Source: Lama guanicoe (taxonomy: Eukaryota). From it: a DNA stretch of 64,000 nt. The notes under the pieces are model-generated. The model did no database searches and was not told where the DNA came from. It saw only the letters and a program-made list of their open reading frames with translations. Location: the NCBI GenBank assembly GCA_013239625.1, contig MU056050.1:428504-492503 (forward strand), read 5' to 3'. The position numbers and the translations under genes are program-made. The first letter of the stretch is position 1. Each line of letters opens with the position of its first letter. Of the stretch, positions 1-12,340 are shown one piece after another.

Positions 1-1503
1 ACAAATAGTGTATTGGATGAAGAGGTGACCAAAGATATGCAGCCAAAAATATAGAAAAAAAAGTAGCATAGAAGTGTGTTTATTTAATTAGAGAATCAAT
101 TAAATGAAAAAATATTATTTTTAAAAAATTGTGATGTTCATGGTATTTGTCTGTTTTTAAAATATGTATTGCTTATGATTTCTTTCTTTTTTTGTATATA
201 TATTTTTATTGAAGTATAGTCAGTTTACAATGTTGTGTCAATTTCTGGTGTACAGCACAATGCTTCAGTCATACATGAACATACATATATTCATTTTCAT
301 ATTTTTTCACCATAAGTTATTACAAGATATCAAATATAGTTCCCTGCACTATACAACATGAACTTGTTGTTTATGCATTCTCTCTGTATATATATCAGTT
401 AGTATATGCAAATCTCTAACTTCCAATTTTTCCCCTCCCACTCCCTTCCCATCCTGGTACCCACAAGTTTTTTCTCTATCTGAGAGTCTGTTTCTGTTTT
501 ACAAATACACTTGTCTGTCTTTTTTTTTTTAGATTCCACATACAAGTGATATCATATGGTATTTCTCTTCCTCTTTCTGGCTTATTTCACTTAGAATGAC
601 AATCTCCAGGTCCATCTATGTTGCTGCAAATGACATTATTTTATTATTTCTCATGGCCGAGTAGTATTCCATTGTACCACAGTTTCTTTATCCAGTCATC
701 TGTCGATGGACATTTAGGTTGTTTCCATGTCTTGGCTATTGTAAACAGTGCTGCTATGAACATTGGGGTGCATGTATCTGTTTGTATTAAGGTTCTCTCT
801 GGATATATGCCCAGGAGTGGGATTGCTGGATCATATGGTAAGTCTATTTTTAGTCTTTTGAGGAATCTCCATACTGTTTTCCATAATGCTACACCAAAGT
901 ACATTCCCACCAACAGTGTAGGAGGGTTCCCTTTCCTCCACAGCCTCTCCAGCATTTATTGTTCATGGACTTCTGAATGATGACCATTCTGACTGGTGTG
1001 AGGTAATACTTCACTGTAGTTTTGATTTGCATTTCTCTGATAATTAGCGATATTGAGCGTTTTTTCATGTACCTATTGGCCATTTGTATGTCTTCATTGG
1101 AGAATTGCTTGTTTAGGTCTTTTGCCCATTTTTGGATTGGGTTGTTTGTTTTTTCTTATTAAGTTGTATGAGGTGTTTATATAGTCTTGAAATTAAGCCC
1201 TTGTCAGTCTCATCTTTGCAAATATTTTCTCCCATTCCATAGGTTGTCCTTTTGTTTTGCTTATGGTTTCCTTTGCTGTGCAAAAGTTTATAAGTTTAAT
1301 TAGGTCCCATTTGTTTATTTTTGCTTTTATTTTTATTGCCTGGGTAGACTGCCCTAGGAGAACATTGCTGAGATTTATTCTTGTGATTTATTTCTGAGTC
1401 TAGATAAATGTTTAGGATTGTACCTAATTTTGCACTTTAAGAAAATGGTATTTAACCCAAATTGTACAAGCTTCAGGCCCCACAAAACCTGGATCTGCCA
1501 CTG
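1..1503 (-). mobile_element. Old hAT-type DNA transposon end (MER53/Tip100-like), split by an L1 at 188-1375
   Basis: Minus strand from 1503 reads cagtggcagatccaggttttgtggggcctgaagcttgtacaatttggg, a recalled hAT terminus; similarity continues in 1-187 across the L1. Confidence 0.65.
188..1375 (-). mobile_element. 5'-truncated L1 (ORF2 C-terminus + 3' UTR)
   Basis: ORFs 644-955 and 889-1083 give L1 ORF2 C-terminal motifs ([37 protein letters not shown]); T-rich tail near 188; degenerate TSD tattgcttatgatttctttct (167-187) / tattcttgtgatttatttct (1376-1395). Confidence 0.95.
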
Positions 1504-1699
1504 CTTGTGAGGTAAATATTGATGGTCATTTGAAGTGTCCCTTGTTATAGATGGTACTGGCTTGCCCAGGCTGGCATAGATAGTTAGTGGTAGAGCCAGG
1601 TTCCAACCCTGAGTCTGTCTGTCTTCAAAGCTTACGTTCGTTTTGATATCTACAGCTGCCTTCTTTCAGATGACAATGTGTAGTAATCAACCCAAATTA

Positions 1700-1925
1700 T
1701 AGTAATAATAATAATCTGAGTTTTTACTCAGTGTCAGGCATTGATATGTATTATTTCATTTAAACTGTACAGTAACCCTATTATGTAAGTATTATTGTCC
1801 TCATTTATAGGTGGAAATACGAAGATCCAGAGAAGTGAATTAAATTGTCCAGGCTCACACAGCTAATAAGTGGTAAAGCCAAGATTTGAATTCATGTCTT
1901 AACAAGTGCAAAGCCTCAACTATGT
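1700..1925 (-). mobile_element. MIR SINE
   Basis: MIR core: attattgtcctcatttataggtggaaatac...gtccaggctcacacagctaataagtgg...atttgaa. Confidence 0.75.
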
Positions 1926-1984
1926 TATAAACTACTAGGGAAGAAAACTCTGGAGTCATTCCAAAGGAAGACTCACTTATCAGT

Positions 1985-3730
1985 TCTTTCCATCAGCCTC
2001 CAGATGCATACGGAAGAGCATAGATAATGCCTTCTCCAATCCAGGTATGAGCAGAGGGTCAAGTCCTTCCCCCACAAATTTTGGCACAACACTGGGATAA
2101 CGCAGATGCCTCCTTCTGCAGATCCTAGACAGCGTTCTGTCATTCACTGCCTTTGCTCGTTCTCATCTCCTTTGATCTTGGCTGCTCAGTTGTGGTGTTC
2201 CTGATAGAGTGGAGGCCTGAATGTGACCAGTCAAGTTGCTTTCCAGCCTCTTCTTCAGGGCCACACTCACAGTTACCTCTGAGTGCCCAGTGAATGAACA
2301 CTATAACAACATTGCTCTTCCTTGCTTGCTTTCATCAATCTTGCTTTTGGCAATACTATCATTTTCTTTGACTATTTAGTTGATGTTACAAATGAGCTGC
2401 TATAGTCCCTTTTTCTTTGAGAAAGGTAGACCCCAGGCACACACCTGGATCCTGTCACTTCTCAGCTTGGAGGAGAACAGGGACCTCCAGGTCACAGCCT
2501 TTCCACATTCCAATATGAGAGTGCCCCTCTCTGTAGGGCAAGCAGAGGCTGAAACAAACATTTTGAGGGCCTATGAGAAAGTATGAAGCAGATTTCACCT
2601 TCTTGAATTAGAGCTTCCTTGACTCAAGCAAGCTGAGGGAAAGCATTTTGCAGGTGTCTTCTAAATTTCAGAGACCCAGCCTGACATCCTTTACTCCTTC
2701 CTCCCCACTCACCCTATCCAGCCAGTAATTACACTCTCCAACATAAAGGAGACGACCTTTCTTCAGTCAATCCAGGCCTATGATCCTTGCCTTCCAGGGC
2801 ACCAGGTACCCGAGAGTGTTGTCTATAATTGTCCACTTTGTGCTACAAACTCAAATTTTTGAATTGGATCTCAAGTCTCACCAGCTGACAGACTCCACTT
2901 GGCAAAAAGCCATGGTCATCTTTGCCTCTGTGTCTTTATGACATAGCACAGATCCCAAGTCCTCAAAACTGGCATCGGTTTATAAAAAGCCTTGGTAGCA
3001 GTGAACAGCACATGCTACAGTGGAACCCTGAGCCAGGCAGCTGCCAGTCTCCAAAAGTTCAAGAGGAAGGGCCTGTGAGAGAAATCTGTCCAGGTGAAAA
3101 CTATTCTGTTTGCATTTTGGGGAGTCTTCCCACAAGGGCAGCTTTATTTTGATATGCAATATAGTTGTGCCCCAAAGACGTCTTCCTGACTGACAGGCCC
3201 TGGTGTTTTGTGCCCGCCTTCCCATCCTTCAACTTCAAGCTCCGATAATCATCTCATGAGCCAACTCACTGAGGTGTTTTGTAATCTTTGAACAGTCCTT
3301 CAGCCAGCTCCTGTGGTGTCTACTGAATCCATATGTCCAACATATCGATTGAGGTCTGGCAGGACTGGCATTTGTCAAGGGACAGTTTTCGGCTGTATTT
3401 TCCAGGCAATCCAGTAGTGTAAGGAGCCATTATTCCTTGCCTCCACAGCTCTTCCAAACATAATTATGCCATCTAAACCAATAAGCACCTCCAGGTAATT
3501 CATATCACTAGTTGCTTTTTCCGGCAAACTCCTCAAGGTGTCTGGGGCTCCAAAGATGTGTGAAGCAGCCTTTCAAATAAGTAAAACCCCACAGGGTAGA
3601 TGAAAGCTGTCTTTTCGTTGCCCTAGTCAGCCACAGGGATTCAACAAATGCACTTCTTTAACACAGCACTGGAAATGACTGATTCTCTACTGTGCAGTCT
3701 AGAGATTAATCTGGACACAGAACTGTCTAT
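1985..3730 (-). mobile_element. Decayed Gypsy/Ty3 LTR-retrotransposon pol (RT, RNase H, integrase N-terminus), MamGypsy-like internal region
   Basis: Manual minus-strand translation across stops/frameshifts: SLDCTVENQSFPVLC*RSA, IPVAD*GNEKTAFIYPVGFYLFERL (from 3640), EKATSDMNYLEVLIGLDGIIMFGR (YLDD site read as GLDG at 3479-3468), KLSLDKCQSCQTS, YVGH, CSKITKHLSEL, FL*TDASFEDLGSVLC (2979), SLSAGET*DPIQKFEFVA, and SAH/PGLEKALSML (~2055-2015), collinear in Gypsy order. Confidence 0.88.
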
Positions 3731-3837
3731 GTAAGGTGGAGAAGGATAAAGAACATCATTATCCACCCTCTGTCCTGAGTCTGCCCTCTCCTATCATGAG
3801 TGTTCCTTTTCCTTTACATATTTGTTTATTCAGCTAG

Positions 3838-3928
3838 ATAGTAGTTCTCAACCCTGACTGCCTATTATAATCTATGGACTTTCTTAGAAAACATCTATCA
3901 CTGGGCCCCACTCACCCCTAGAGATCCA
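3838..3928. mobile_element. MER5-like hAT-Charlie MITE fragment
   Basis: agtagttctcaaccctgactgc...ctgggccccactcacccctagagat resembles MER5A. Confidence 0.6.
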
Positions 3929-4234
3929 AACATTTTCTAAACACCTACTCTGTGCAAGGTCCTGTGCCCTGCCCTAGGAGTAGAGACAGTTCAGTCATCG
4001 TCCCTGCCTCCATGAAGTTCATAGTTGAAGGGCAGAGACAGATAAATTAAAAAGTGTAATTCAGCAAGAAAATACACTGTAACTCCATGTTCTTTTCTTA
4101 ATCTAACTTGTTTCTCATAAAATGTGCCAGTATGGGTAAGGTAAACATAGATTTGTTCAACAAGTCCTAGTTTATAGGAGGAGGCGGCTTTCTTGGGTTC
4201 TCAAGTGACATAAATTGAGAATTAAAGAAAATAG

Positions 4235-4892
4235 TAAAATGTACATGAATGCCCATAGAAATTTTATTTGTAACAGCTAAAAACTAGAAACAGCTCACCT
4301 GCCATTCAATAGATGAATGGTTACACAAACTAGCACATCCATACCTTGGAATACTACTTAGCAAGAAAAAGGAATGAACTATGGATATGTGTGACAGCCC
4401 AGTTGAATCACCAAATTACTCTGAGTGAGCAAGGCTAATCTCAAAATGTTACATCCTGTGTGATTCCATTTATATAACATGTTTGAAGGGACAAAATGAT
4501 AGAGATGGCAGAATGTTTAGTGGTTGTTAGGGGTAAGGGAATTGACAAGGGAGGTAGGTGAGTGTGGATATGAAAGAGCAACATGAAGGATCCTTATGGT
4601 GATGGAAATGTTCTGTATCTTGATTGTGGTGGTGCTTATGCAGAGCTGTACATGTGATAAAATTATATAGAGCTAAACACCCACCCGTACACACATTCAG
4701 GCACAAATGCGTAACTGTATAACTGGTGAAGTCTGAATAAGCACTGTGAATTGTGCCAATGTCAATTTCTGGTTTGGTGTTGCATTATAGTTGTATAAGT
4801 TGCTAACATTGGGGATACTGAGGAAAAGGGTGCATGGGACTTCCCTATACATTTCTTGCAACATTCTTTGAATGTACAATGATTTAAAAAGT
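4235..4892 (+). mobile_element. Old L1 (L1MC/MB-type) ORF2 end and 3' UTR
   Basis: aaactagaaacagctcacctgccattcaatagatgaatgg, gattccatttatataac, ggtgatggaaatgttctgtatcttgattgtggtggtg motifs. Confidence 0.85.
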
Positions 4893-5879
4893 AATAATAC
4901 GAGAAGTTACTAACCAGAAATCAAAAGGCTTAAAAATGTTAGACACATTTATAAATGCAAAACCATAAATGACTACATTAGGAGAAGCTGGGATTTTAGC
5001 TACTCTTTGATGTTATAAGGAAGGCAAACAGTCCATCTCAGGGAATATTAAATGTAAAAAAATAGATGTTTTATTGTTTTTTTTTTCAATTTAAAAAAGA
5101 ATGTTTCTTCTGGAACATTTAGAACGTGTAACTCACAAAAGGTCATTAGTAATCCTATCACTTTGAGATAACCATTTTTTCAACATTTAGGGTATATATC
5201 TTTTCTTTTTTCTATGCATAAATTAAAACAAAAAATTCACACTCAGCAATAAACAAATTTTTCCTGTCTACAAACAGTCTTGTATTAATATGACTTTAAT
5301 GCATATACAGATAGTATTCTATCGTATGGATGTAGAATGAATTATTTACCCAAACCTCTATTTTGGACAGATTGTTTTCAAGTTTTTGGTATTATAAATA
5401 ATCAATCCTGCAATACACTTCATTGTGCTTTCATCTTTGTCTATATCTCTGATTATTTCCTTAGTAAAAATTCTTAGGAGCAATGTTACTGGGTCAAGGA
5501 TTATGTAAAATTTTATACCTTTTGCTATGTTTGGCTAAATTTTCTGCCAGAAAGGTTGTGTGAATGTCCCACCTCTGTTTTTTCCAGAGCACATTCTTTG
5601 TTGCTGATGTTAGCAACTGGGTAGTAGGCTGGATAGACCCATTCTGTCAGTTCTTCTGTTCCTTGGTACAGTGTTATAGGATCTAGCACAATGCTGGGTA
5701 CACACTGAGCCCTCAACAATATTTGTTGATTTAATATCCTTCATAATGCATCCTTTGAAACTCTTATCTGGAGTTCATAGGAAACAAAATCATCAAAATA
5801 TGAGTATGCTTTAACCCCGAATGCTATCACTGACATTAAATAAAGAGTAAGGACTTGAGGGAACAGATAGGTATGTTCT

Positions 5880-6014
5880 TTAAAAAAATATTTGGGGGGG
5901 GTAGGTAATTAGATTTGTTTGTTTGTTTATAATGGAGGTACTGGGGATTGAACCCAGCACGTCATGCATGCTAAACATGCACTCTACCACTGAGCTATAC
6001 CTACCCCCACCCCT
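5880..6014 (-). mobile_element. tRNA-Ala-derived SINE (camelid Vic-1-like)
   Basis: Minus: ggtatagctcagtggtagagtgcatgtttagcatgcatgacgtgctgggttcaatccccagtacctcc (A/B boxes) + aaac repeat + ctaattacctacccccc tail; TSD core agataggta 5865-5873 / 6015-6023. Confidence 0.9.
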
Positions 6015-7428
6015 AGATAGGTACATTTTAATAGTGGGGAAGGACTTGGAGAAAGTCTGGAGGCTCTAAAGTGGGGAGCAGAAACCATCTGAGGTTTCTG
6101 GGAGCAGACTAAAGGGGGCCGAAAACCTGAGGTTTGAGGTTTGCTGGGAGGGGTAGTTGTTGGGAGGGTGGGAGAGAGAAAGCTCTCGCCTATTACCTGC
6201 TTCCCACAACTCCACTCCTTTAAGCACTCAGGATGTTAATAGACCTGGTGGCCTTTATGTAAAACATTAGTGTGCAAACTTCTCCCAACAGAAGTCTGGG
6301 CATAGTTATACTGAATTGTATATTTTTTTATTTGGAGTGGGGAGGGTACAGGTTTCATCTAAGTTTCCCTCTTTGTATCCTGCATATGGCTATTATCCGT
6401 GAAGTGGGACCAGTGGCCAGAGGAATCCCATCATTGCTGCTCCTTCCACTCTCTGCCTGAACTATAGACAGAGTGGGCAACCTCACAGGCCCTGCGGCTC
6501 TCTGGGAAGAGCCCACCATGTTTTCAGAAAAGACTAGGACACAGCCAGTTCTATTTAATCATCAGATGTGATGAAATAATAAAAATATGTAAGCATTTAA
6601 AACATTATACCAGACTCATCTTGAATGACCTTATGCCATCTCATTTAATCATTCTAACAATGTGGTAAGAGAGATCCTTATTATCCTCATTTTACAGTTG
6701 AGGAAATAGACTTAATTAATTTACCTGGATCACCCAGATAGTATGTTGCAGATCTAGGCTTTAAAGTTAGATTTGAAATCCCATCTATTTGATTCTAAAC
6801 ATCTGCTCTTAACTGCAGCCTAATTTGTAGCACACAGGGTGATACGCTCCTTCTGAATCTATTTCCTACATTGCATGTCTTATTTTCTTAGATTCCATCA
6901 TTTGAGATTCAATCCCTTCCTATCCAAAGATCCCTTTTAAAAGGTATTTATTTAAAGGAGCAGCAGTGGCTTAAGCACATTAGATAACATTGGATTGGAG
7001 GAAAATGGACCGTTAGCTAAGTCCCCCAAACAAAGGACATGGGCAATTAATTCAGTTTCCTCAAGGTAATCAGTTTTAGAGAATCAGGGACACAAAGGTC
7101 CAAAGAAGGATACATTAGCTCAAGTGTACATTTTATATTGGTACCCTCAGAGGTTTGCTACCATTTAGGAAACTAACCCTTTGGGGCCTACTCCATTATT
7201 TCTGCATTCCAGATGATGTTACTAGCATATAAAGTAAACAATACATTTTAATTTTCGGAGGCCCTGACTCAACCTTCTGTAGCTTTTCTTGCCTCCTTCA
7301 AAGTTCCCTTTATTTCTCAAGGTTACAGGAAGTTTAAATCATGTTCATATATCATGAGAGAGTTTTTTCCCCAGCAGGCTGGGACACCATGCTGTCACAG
7401 GGCCTTTGATATTCTTGTTTTGCTGTAC

Positions 7429-7501
7429 TTTTTTTTGGATTGAACCCAGGACCTCATGCATGCTAAGCATGCACTCTTCCAGTGAGCTATTACCCTCCCC
7501 C
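7429..7501 (-). mobile_element. Truncated tRNA-Ala/Vic-1 head with poly(A)
   Basis: tRNA-Ala-like head ends at gggttcaatcc then 9 A; TSD ttgctgtac 7420-7428 / 7502-7510. Confidence 0.85.
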
Positions 7502-7867
7502 TTGCTGTACATTTTAATAGGTACTTGTTCAGATTAATCAGCGATCTGTAAGATGTAACAGTAACATTGCTGAGTACAAGTTGTATTCCAGACACTGTAC
7601 TAAACACTTTCCATGCATGATCTCATTAAAGTTTCATGTGTCTGAGAATAAACTCTGTCCCAGAAAAGGACAACTTGTTTAAAGTCACAAAGATAGTAGC
7701 AGAATGAGGACTTAGTTCTAGTCTGACTTCAGGGTCTCATAACGCTGCCTGTGGTAACTATAGTTAGATAATAATAATTGGTCTAAATATATAGGGGCTC
7801 TGAAAAAAGGTGGTAGGATATTTACTGATCAACAACGTGGTGTGTGCCACTGTTTTGCTTAGAGCTG

Positions 7868-8264
7868 CGTTAAAAAAGAGACAACAGGCCCAAAATGGAG
7901 TCACTATGCTAAGTCCCATGTTAGCAAACTGAGACTCAATACCTAACCTAACTACAGTTTCAGCTTCTTCCAGGAATGTAACCTTTAACCAGTCAATCTG
8001 GAATTACCTGGTCAGCACTAGTGAGGTCATCCACCCAATAGACCCCTGCCACCCCCCTTAGGTATGTGACCTTGCCTGAAACAATCCACTCTCTTCTAAT
8101 AACATCCTTTCCCTGCCTCCTTTCCGCCTTTAAAAATCTTTCCTTTTCTACAGTTCTTTGGAGCTCCTTTCTGTTTGCTAGATGGAATGCTACCTGATTC
8201 ATGAATCATTGAATAAAGCCAATTTGATCTCTAAATTTACTCAGTTGAATTTTATTTTTTAACA
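7868..8264 (+). mobile_element. Solo ERV1-class LTR (MER34/MER39-like)
   Basis: Inverted termini cgttaaaaaa...ttttttaaca, internal aataaa near 8212, 4-bp TSD gctg at 7864-7867 / 8265-8268. Confidence 0.8.
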
Positions 8265-8386
8265 GCTGGTTCCTGGAGGGATAGCTATCAATGAAATAAC
8301 ACATTAATAACAATAATATTTAATATAATTAAATAAATAATTATTATTACTGTTATTTTTATTTGTAGCAGTAGCTAACATTGCCA

Positions 8387-9050
8387 TCATTCATTCGATC
8401 AACAAGTTTTCAGTAAGTGCTTCCTGTACGTCAAGCATTGGACAAGGTTCTGGTGTTATGAAGATAGGGAAAAAATATGTGTCCCTTGCTTTCTTTGTCC
8501 TTATAGTTTAGTGGCAGAAACAGATATTAAACAGCCACACTGATGACTATGTGATTACAGAGAATAAGTGATCAGAAGGGAAAGAATATAGTTCTTAGTG
8601 GGCAAATAACAAAGAACCTGAAATAGATGGTGGACTGGAATCAAGGAAGGCTTCCCTGAAGATGAGAAGGTTGGATGAGTTGGAATGAACTAGATGAGTA
8701 GGGGATGGGAGACAGAGCTGAAATGCACATCTCAGGGAGGGAAACAGTATTAGCATATGTCTTAAGGATTTGATCTCCATCCCAAGAGCAATGAGAAGTC
8801 ACTGACAGGTTTTAAGTAAAGGTATGTCATGATCAGATTTACATTTTAGTTAGATCACTCGAATTGCTGCAGGGAAAATGGAGTGGAGGGGGGCAAAGGT
8901 AGAAGTTAGGGGACCAGTTAGCAATAGTCTGGGCTAGAGATGGTGACTTAGACCACGGTGGCGACAGTGGAGATAGAAATGAAATTTGGAGGTGACAAAT
9001 TTCTGGAAGATGATGCTGATAGAACTTGGTGATAGATTCAGTAAGGAGGT
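8387..9050 (-). mobile_element. L2 LINE 3' region
   Basis: Begins tcattcattcgatcaacaag (complement of the L2 tail); aaggcttccctgaag, gatcagatttacatttt motifs. Confidence 0.8.
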
Positions 9051-9149
9051 CCAGGATGGGAGCGGGCAGGCAGTGGTGCCCTTTAATCTTCACAGCTACT
9101 CTATGAAGGAGATGTACAATTTTCCCTCTTTTACAAATAAGGAGACAGA

Positions 9150-9652
9150 CTTCTCATTGCCTTAGCATAAGGTCTGCAGGCTTCACAGGGCCCTCAAGAC
9201 ACTGTATAACCTAGGCTCTGTTGTCTTACAAGTCCTGGTCTCCCCTCTGCCATTATCCCTCTAGTTCTCTGTGTTCCAGCTACAGTAGCCTTTTAGTTTC
9301 TTGCTGTGCCAACTCCTTCTAGTCTTTGAGCCCTCTCCTTTCCTGTTCAGTCGCCCTGAAATGCATTTTTCCTCTTCTGTGCCTGGATCATCCTTCCCTG
9401 GGGAAACATCTGACCTGCCAGGCTGGATTCAGCCTTCAGGTTATCTGCTCTCATAGCACTCTGTACTTTTGCACCTGTTACAATTCTATCTAGTTTCTTG
9501 TGTGATTATTTCTGGACTGTCTCCCCTGCAAAACTGTAAGCACTGTAGAAGGGACCTTGTGTATCTCACTTATCTCTCTGTTCCCAATAACTGGCATAGG
9601 GCGTACGTACACTAGGGTGTTACATATGTATTTGTGGAATGAATGAGTGAAG
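9150..9652 (+). mobile_element. L2 LINE 3' region
   Basis: actgtaagcactgtagaagggacc...ctggcatag...tatttgtggaatgaatgagtga tail. Confidence 0.75.
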
Positions 9653-10219
9653 CTTAGAGTCTAAGTTAACTTTCCTACTGTTAAACAGTAAGTGATGGAT
9701 CCAATACATGAACCAGGTCTAGCTAACAGTAAAGCTCAAGCTCTAACCACCATGCATCACTGTTCATGTTTGCAACTGAAACATGTCAAAGGCCATACAG
9801 CAATTGCTAGAGGACTTAACAATCAGTTTTCTTTTTCCTCACCACCCTTCCCCTCCCCTCCACTCCCCTCCTCTTCCTTCTTTTCTTCCCCCCTCCTTTC
9901 TTAGTTCCCTGCCTCTCTCCCTGCCTGCCTGCCTCCCAGTCTTCTGTCTCTTTCTTTTATAAGATTTGGAAGGGCTGTCAGAGGTCATCCTGTCCAACCT
10001 GCACATTTCACAAACGACAAACTGAAGCTAGACCAAATTGTCTGCCCAAGGGCTACATTTGTTATTGGCAGATTTAATAGACAACTTTAGCTTTTATGAT
10101 GGGCATCATTCTAGCAAAATCAATGCAGATCTAATTTATTTCAATCTTGTTTACCCAATATCTGTTTATTATAACCAGGTTAGTCTCGTCACTGACCTGG
10201 GCACATGTTTTGTTCATTT

Positions 10220-10606
10220 CTACCTCAGTAGCGTGACCCACACTGGTCCCTTTGCCTGGGATTTATTTTTTCTTTCCAACCTATCTATTTTATTCATCCT
10301 TCAAGCCCCAGTTCAGTTTTCACCCCCTCCATGCGGACTTTCCTGCCTATTCTGGCTCATTTGTGAAGTCATCCAGCAGTCCTTTATCACTCATTTGGCC
10401 TGTAATCACACATTAACGTGTATTTTCATTTAAATGTTGTCAGGTGTGTTTTTCCTTCCCCACAGACTGCCCTCCCTCAAGCTCATTAAGCGCAGGAACC
10501 ATATTACATAGTGTGCCAATTTTGTAATCCTTTTGTTTCCGAGAAAAGCACTTGACACATAGTAAACATTCAAAGAATAATTCTTGAAGGAATGAATGAA
10601 TAAATG
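10220..10606 (+). mobile_element. L2 LINE 3' region
   Basis: tcatccttcaagccccagttc...cttgacacatagtaaacattcaa...gaatgaatgaataaatga tail. Confidence 0.7.
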
Positions 10607-12340
10607 ATGCAAGCAAGAAAAAAATGAAATGGTAAACTCTGCCATCTTGTGGCTATTGGTCTTTATTGTTGCCATTTTCACTGCAGTTTTCAGTGTTGAA
10701 ATTAGAGAAGTGGTACATGGTAAGAAACAAAGGTGATGGTGGTGGAGGAGTGCGGAAGGTTTCTTTTTCTTTTCCTTTTCTTTCTTTCTTTTTTTTTTGG
10801 CTCAATGCACCAGAAGCTTGGTTTACCGAAATGTTTTGTAAGAGAAAACAGAGTTGGAGGGAAACCAAAAACCAAACTAACCATATACCTAAGGACTTAA
10901 TATAGACCTGGGGAATAGTGATTGGATTTCCTCCCTGCTTTGAAAAGGGCAAGTAATAGAAACTGTCCCAACATGTCCAGCAGTCCAGAGTGCTGATCAG
11001 ATGACCAACCTACTTATTTAGGGGATCTATTAATAGATCTTTCATAACAGTGAAGAGAATCTCTGAATCTAGGATCCAGTCTTAGTTTTGCTGAGCAACA
11101 ACCTCTCACCCAGTTTTCTTACCAGTTAATTTACTGCTCAATTTAATCTCAGGGCTGTTGTGAAGCTCTGTCAGACTACAGACAGGAAGATTCTTAGAGA
11201 AGTTTTTAAAAAATGATAAATGTGTTTAACATTGCCTTAAAAGAAAAAGAACGTTTCTACTTTACATTGGTATAGCACCTGAACGTCTGTAAAGTACCTT
11301 CCAACCATTATTTATTTTCAGTCTAGGAGGTAGGCAGGCAGGCAGACATACTGCCCTCAATTTACAAATGAAGTTCAGAGATTCATATTCAGAGTAAATA
11401 AGCATACTGAAGACCTGTTACATGCCAGGCATAGTGATAGGTGCTTTTACATGTTAGAGAAGTTAAGTGAGTTGCCCAAGATCAGCTGGCTGGTAAGTAC
11501 CTGAGTCTGTGCTCCAACTCAGGTCATCTGACTTGGGACCTTAGTGCTCAAGCACTACTGTCTTTAGTTCAGTCTGATTCCTCTCTGGGCCATTTGCATT
11601 TAATTGTTCTCTCTCTTTTGTGGAATGAAACATTTTCTTTCCTGTTAAAAATATTCAAGATCTCAAAGCAAGTGCACCCAAAAGCACTTGCTGTAGGTTA
11701 CAAGCCTGTCCTCTACTTAAGGCAGTGGTACTTAGCCCTGGTTGTACATTAACATCACCTGGAAAGTTAAAAAAATTATCTGTTTCCTGACCCCACAACA
11801 GAGTAATTACACTGAGGCAGAGAGAGGGATGGCAGACACCTCCTTCTCACTCCAGAAGAGCAGACGTTATAAGTGTCTAATCATCCATCCATCCATTTGT
11901 TTATAAATCAAGTATTTACTGAGCACCTCCTGTGTGTCAGGCACTATTCTAAGTACTGGGGATATAGCAGTGAACAAGGCAGATACAGAGTTTAGACTCA
12001 CGGAACTTTCATTCTTGCTGTGGGTGGAGGGGAATTGTTTTGCCACCGCGTCCTGGTGACTTTGAATGTCACCACATAGCTAACGCTCAACAATGGTCTA
12101 ACTTAAGTCTTAAAGGAATTCCCTGTCATCCTCCCTGGAACATAGCAAGATAAGCAATATTGGGAGGAGCTTATACAAGACCATTTCTCATCCATTTCTC
12201 TATCTTGTGGGAGGCTGCCATGAAACAGTGGGCAAAAGTTCGAGAAGAAATGGGATATTTATGTAGTCTCAAAGAATCTCCGCCAAGATATTTATGAGTT
12301 GCAAGGGGAAAAATAGTAACTTTACAGTAGAGAAACCCAG

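Noticed and set aside
618..980. Plus-strand ORFs over L1s (also 18012, 35161, 35932, 42266, 56848)
   Set aside because: Recurrent antisense shadows of L1 ORF2/3' UTR.
5930..6005. Functional tRNA-Ala gene
   Set aside because: Mutated anticodon region, SINE tail and TSD; a SINE, like the other three copies.
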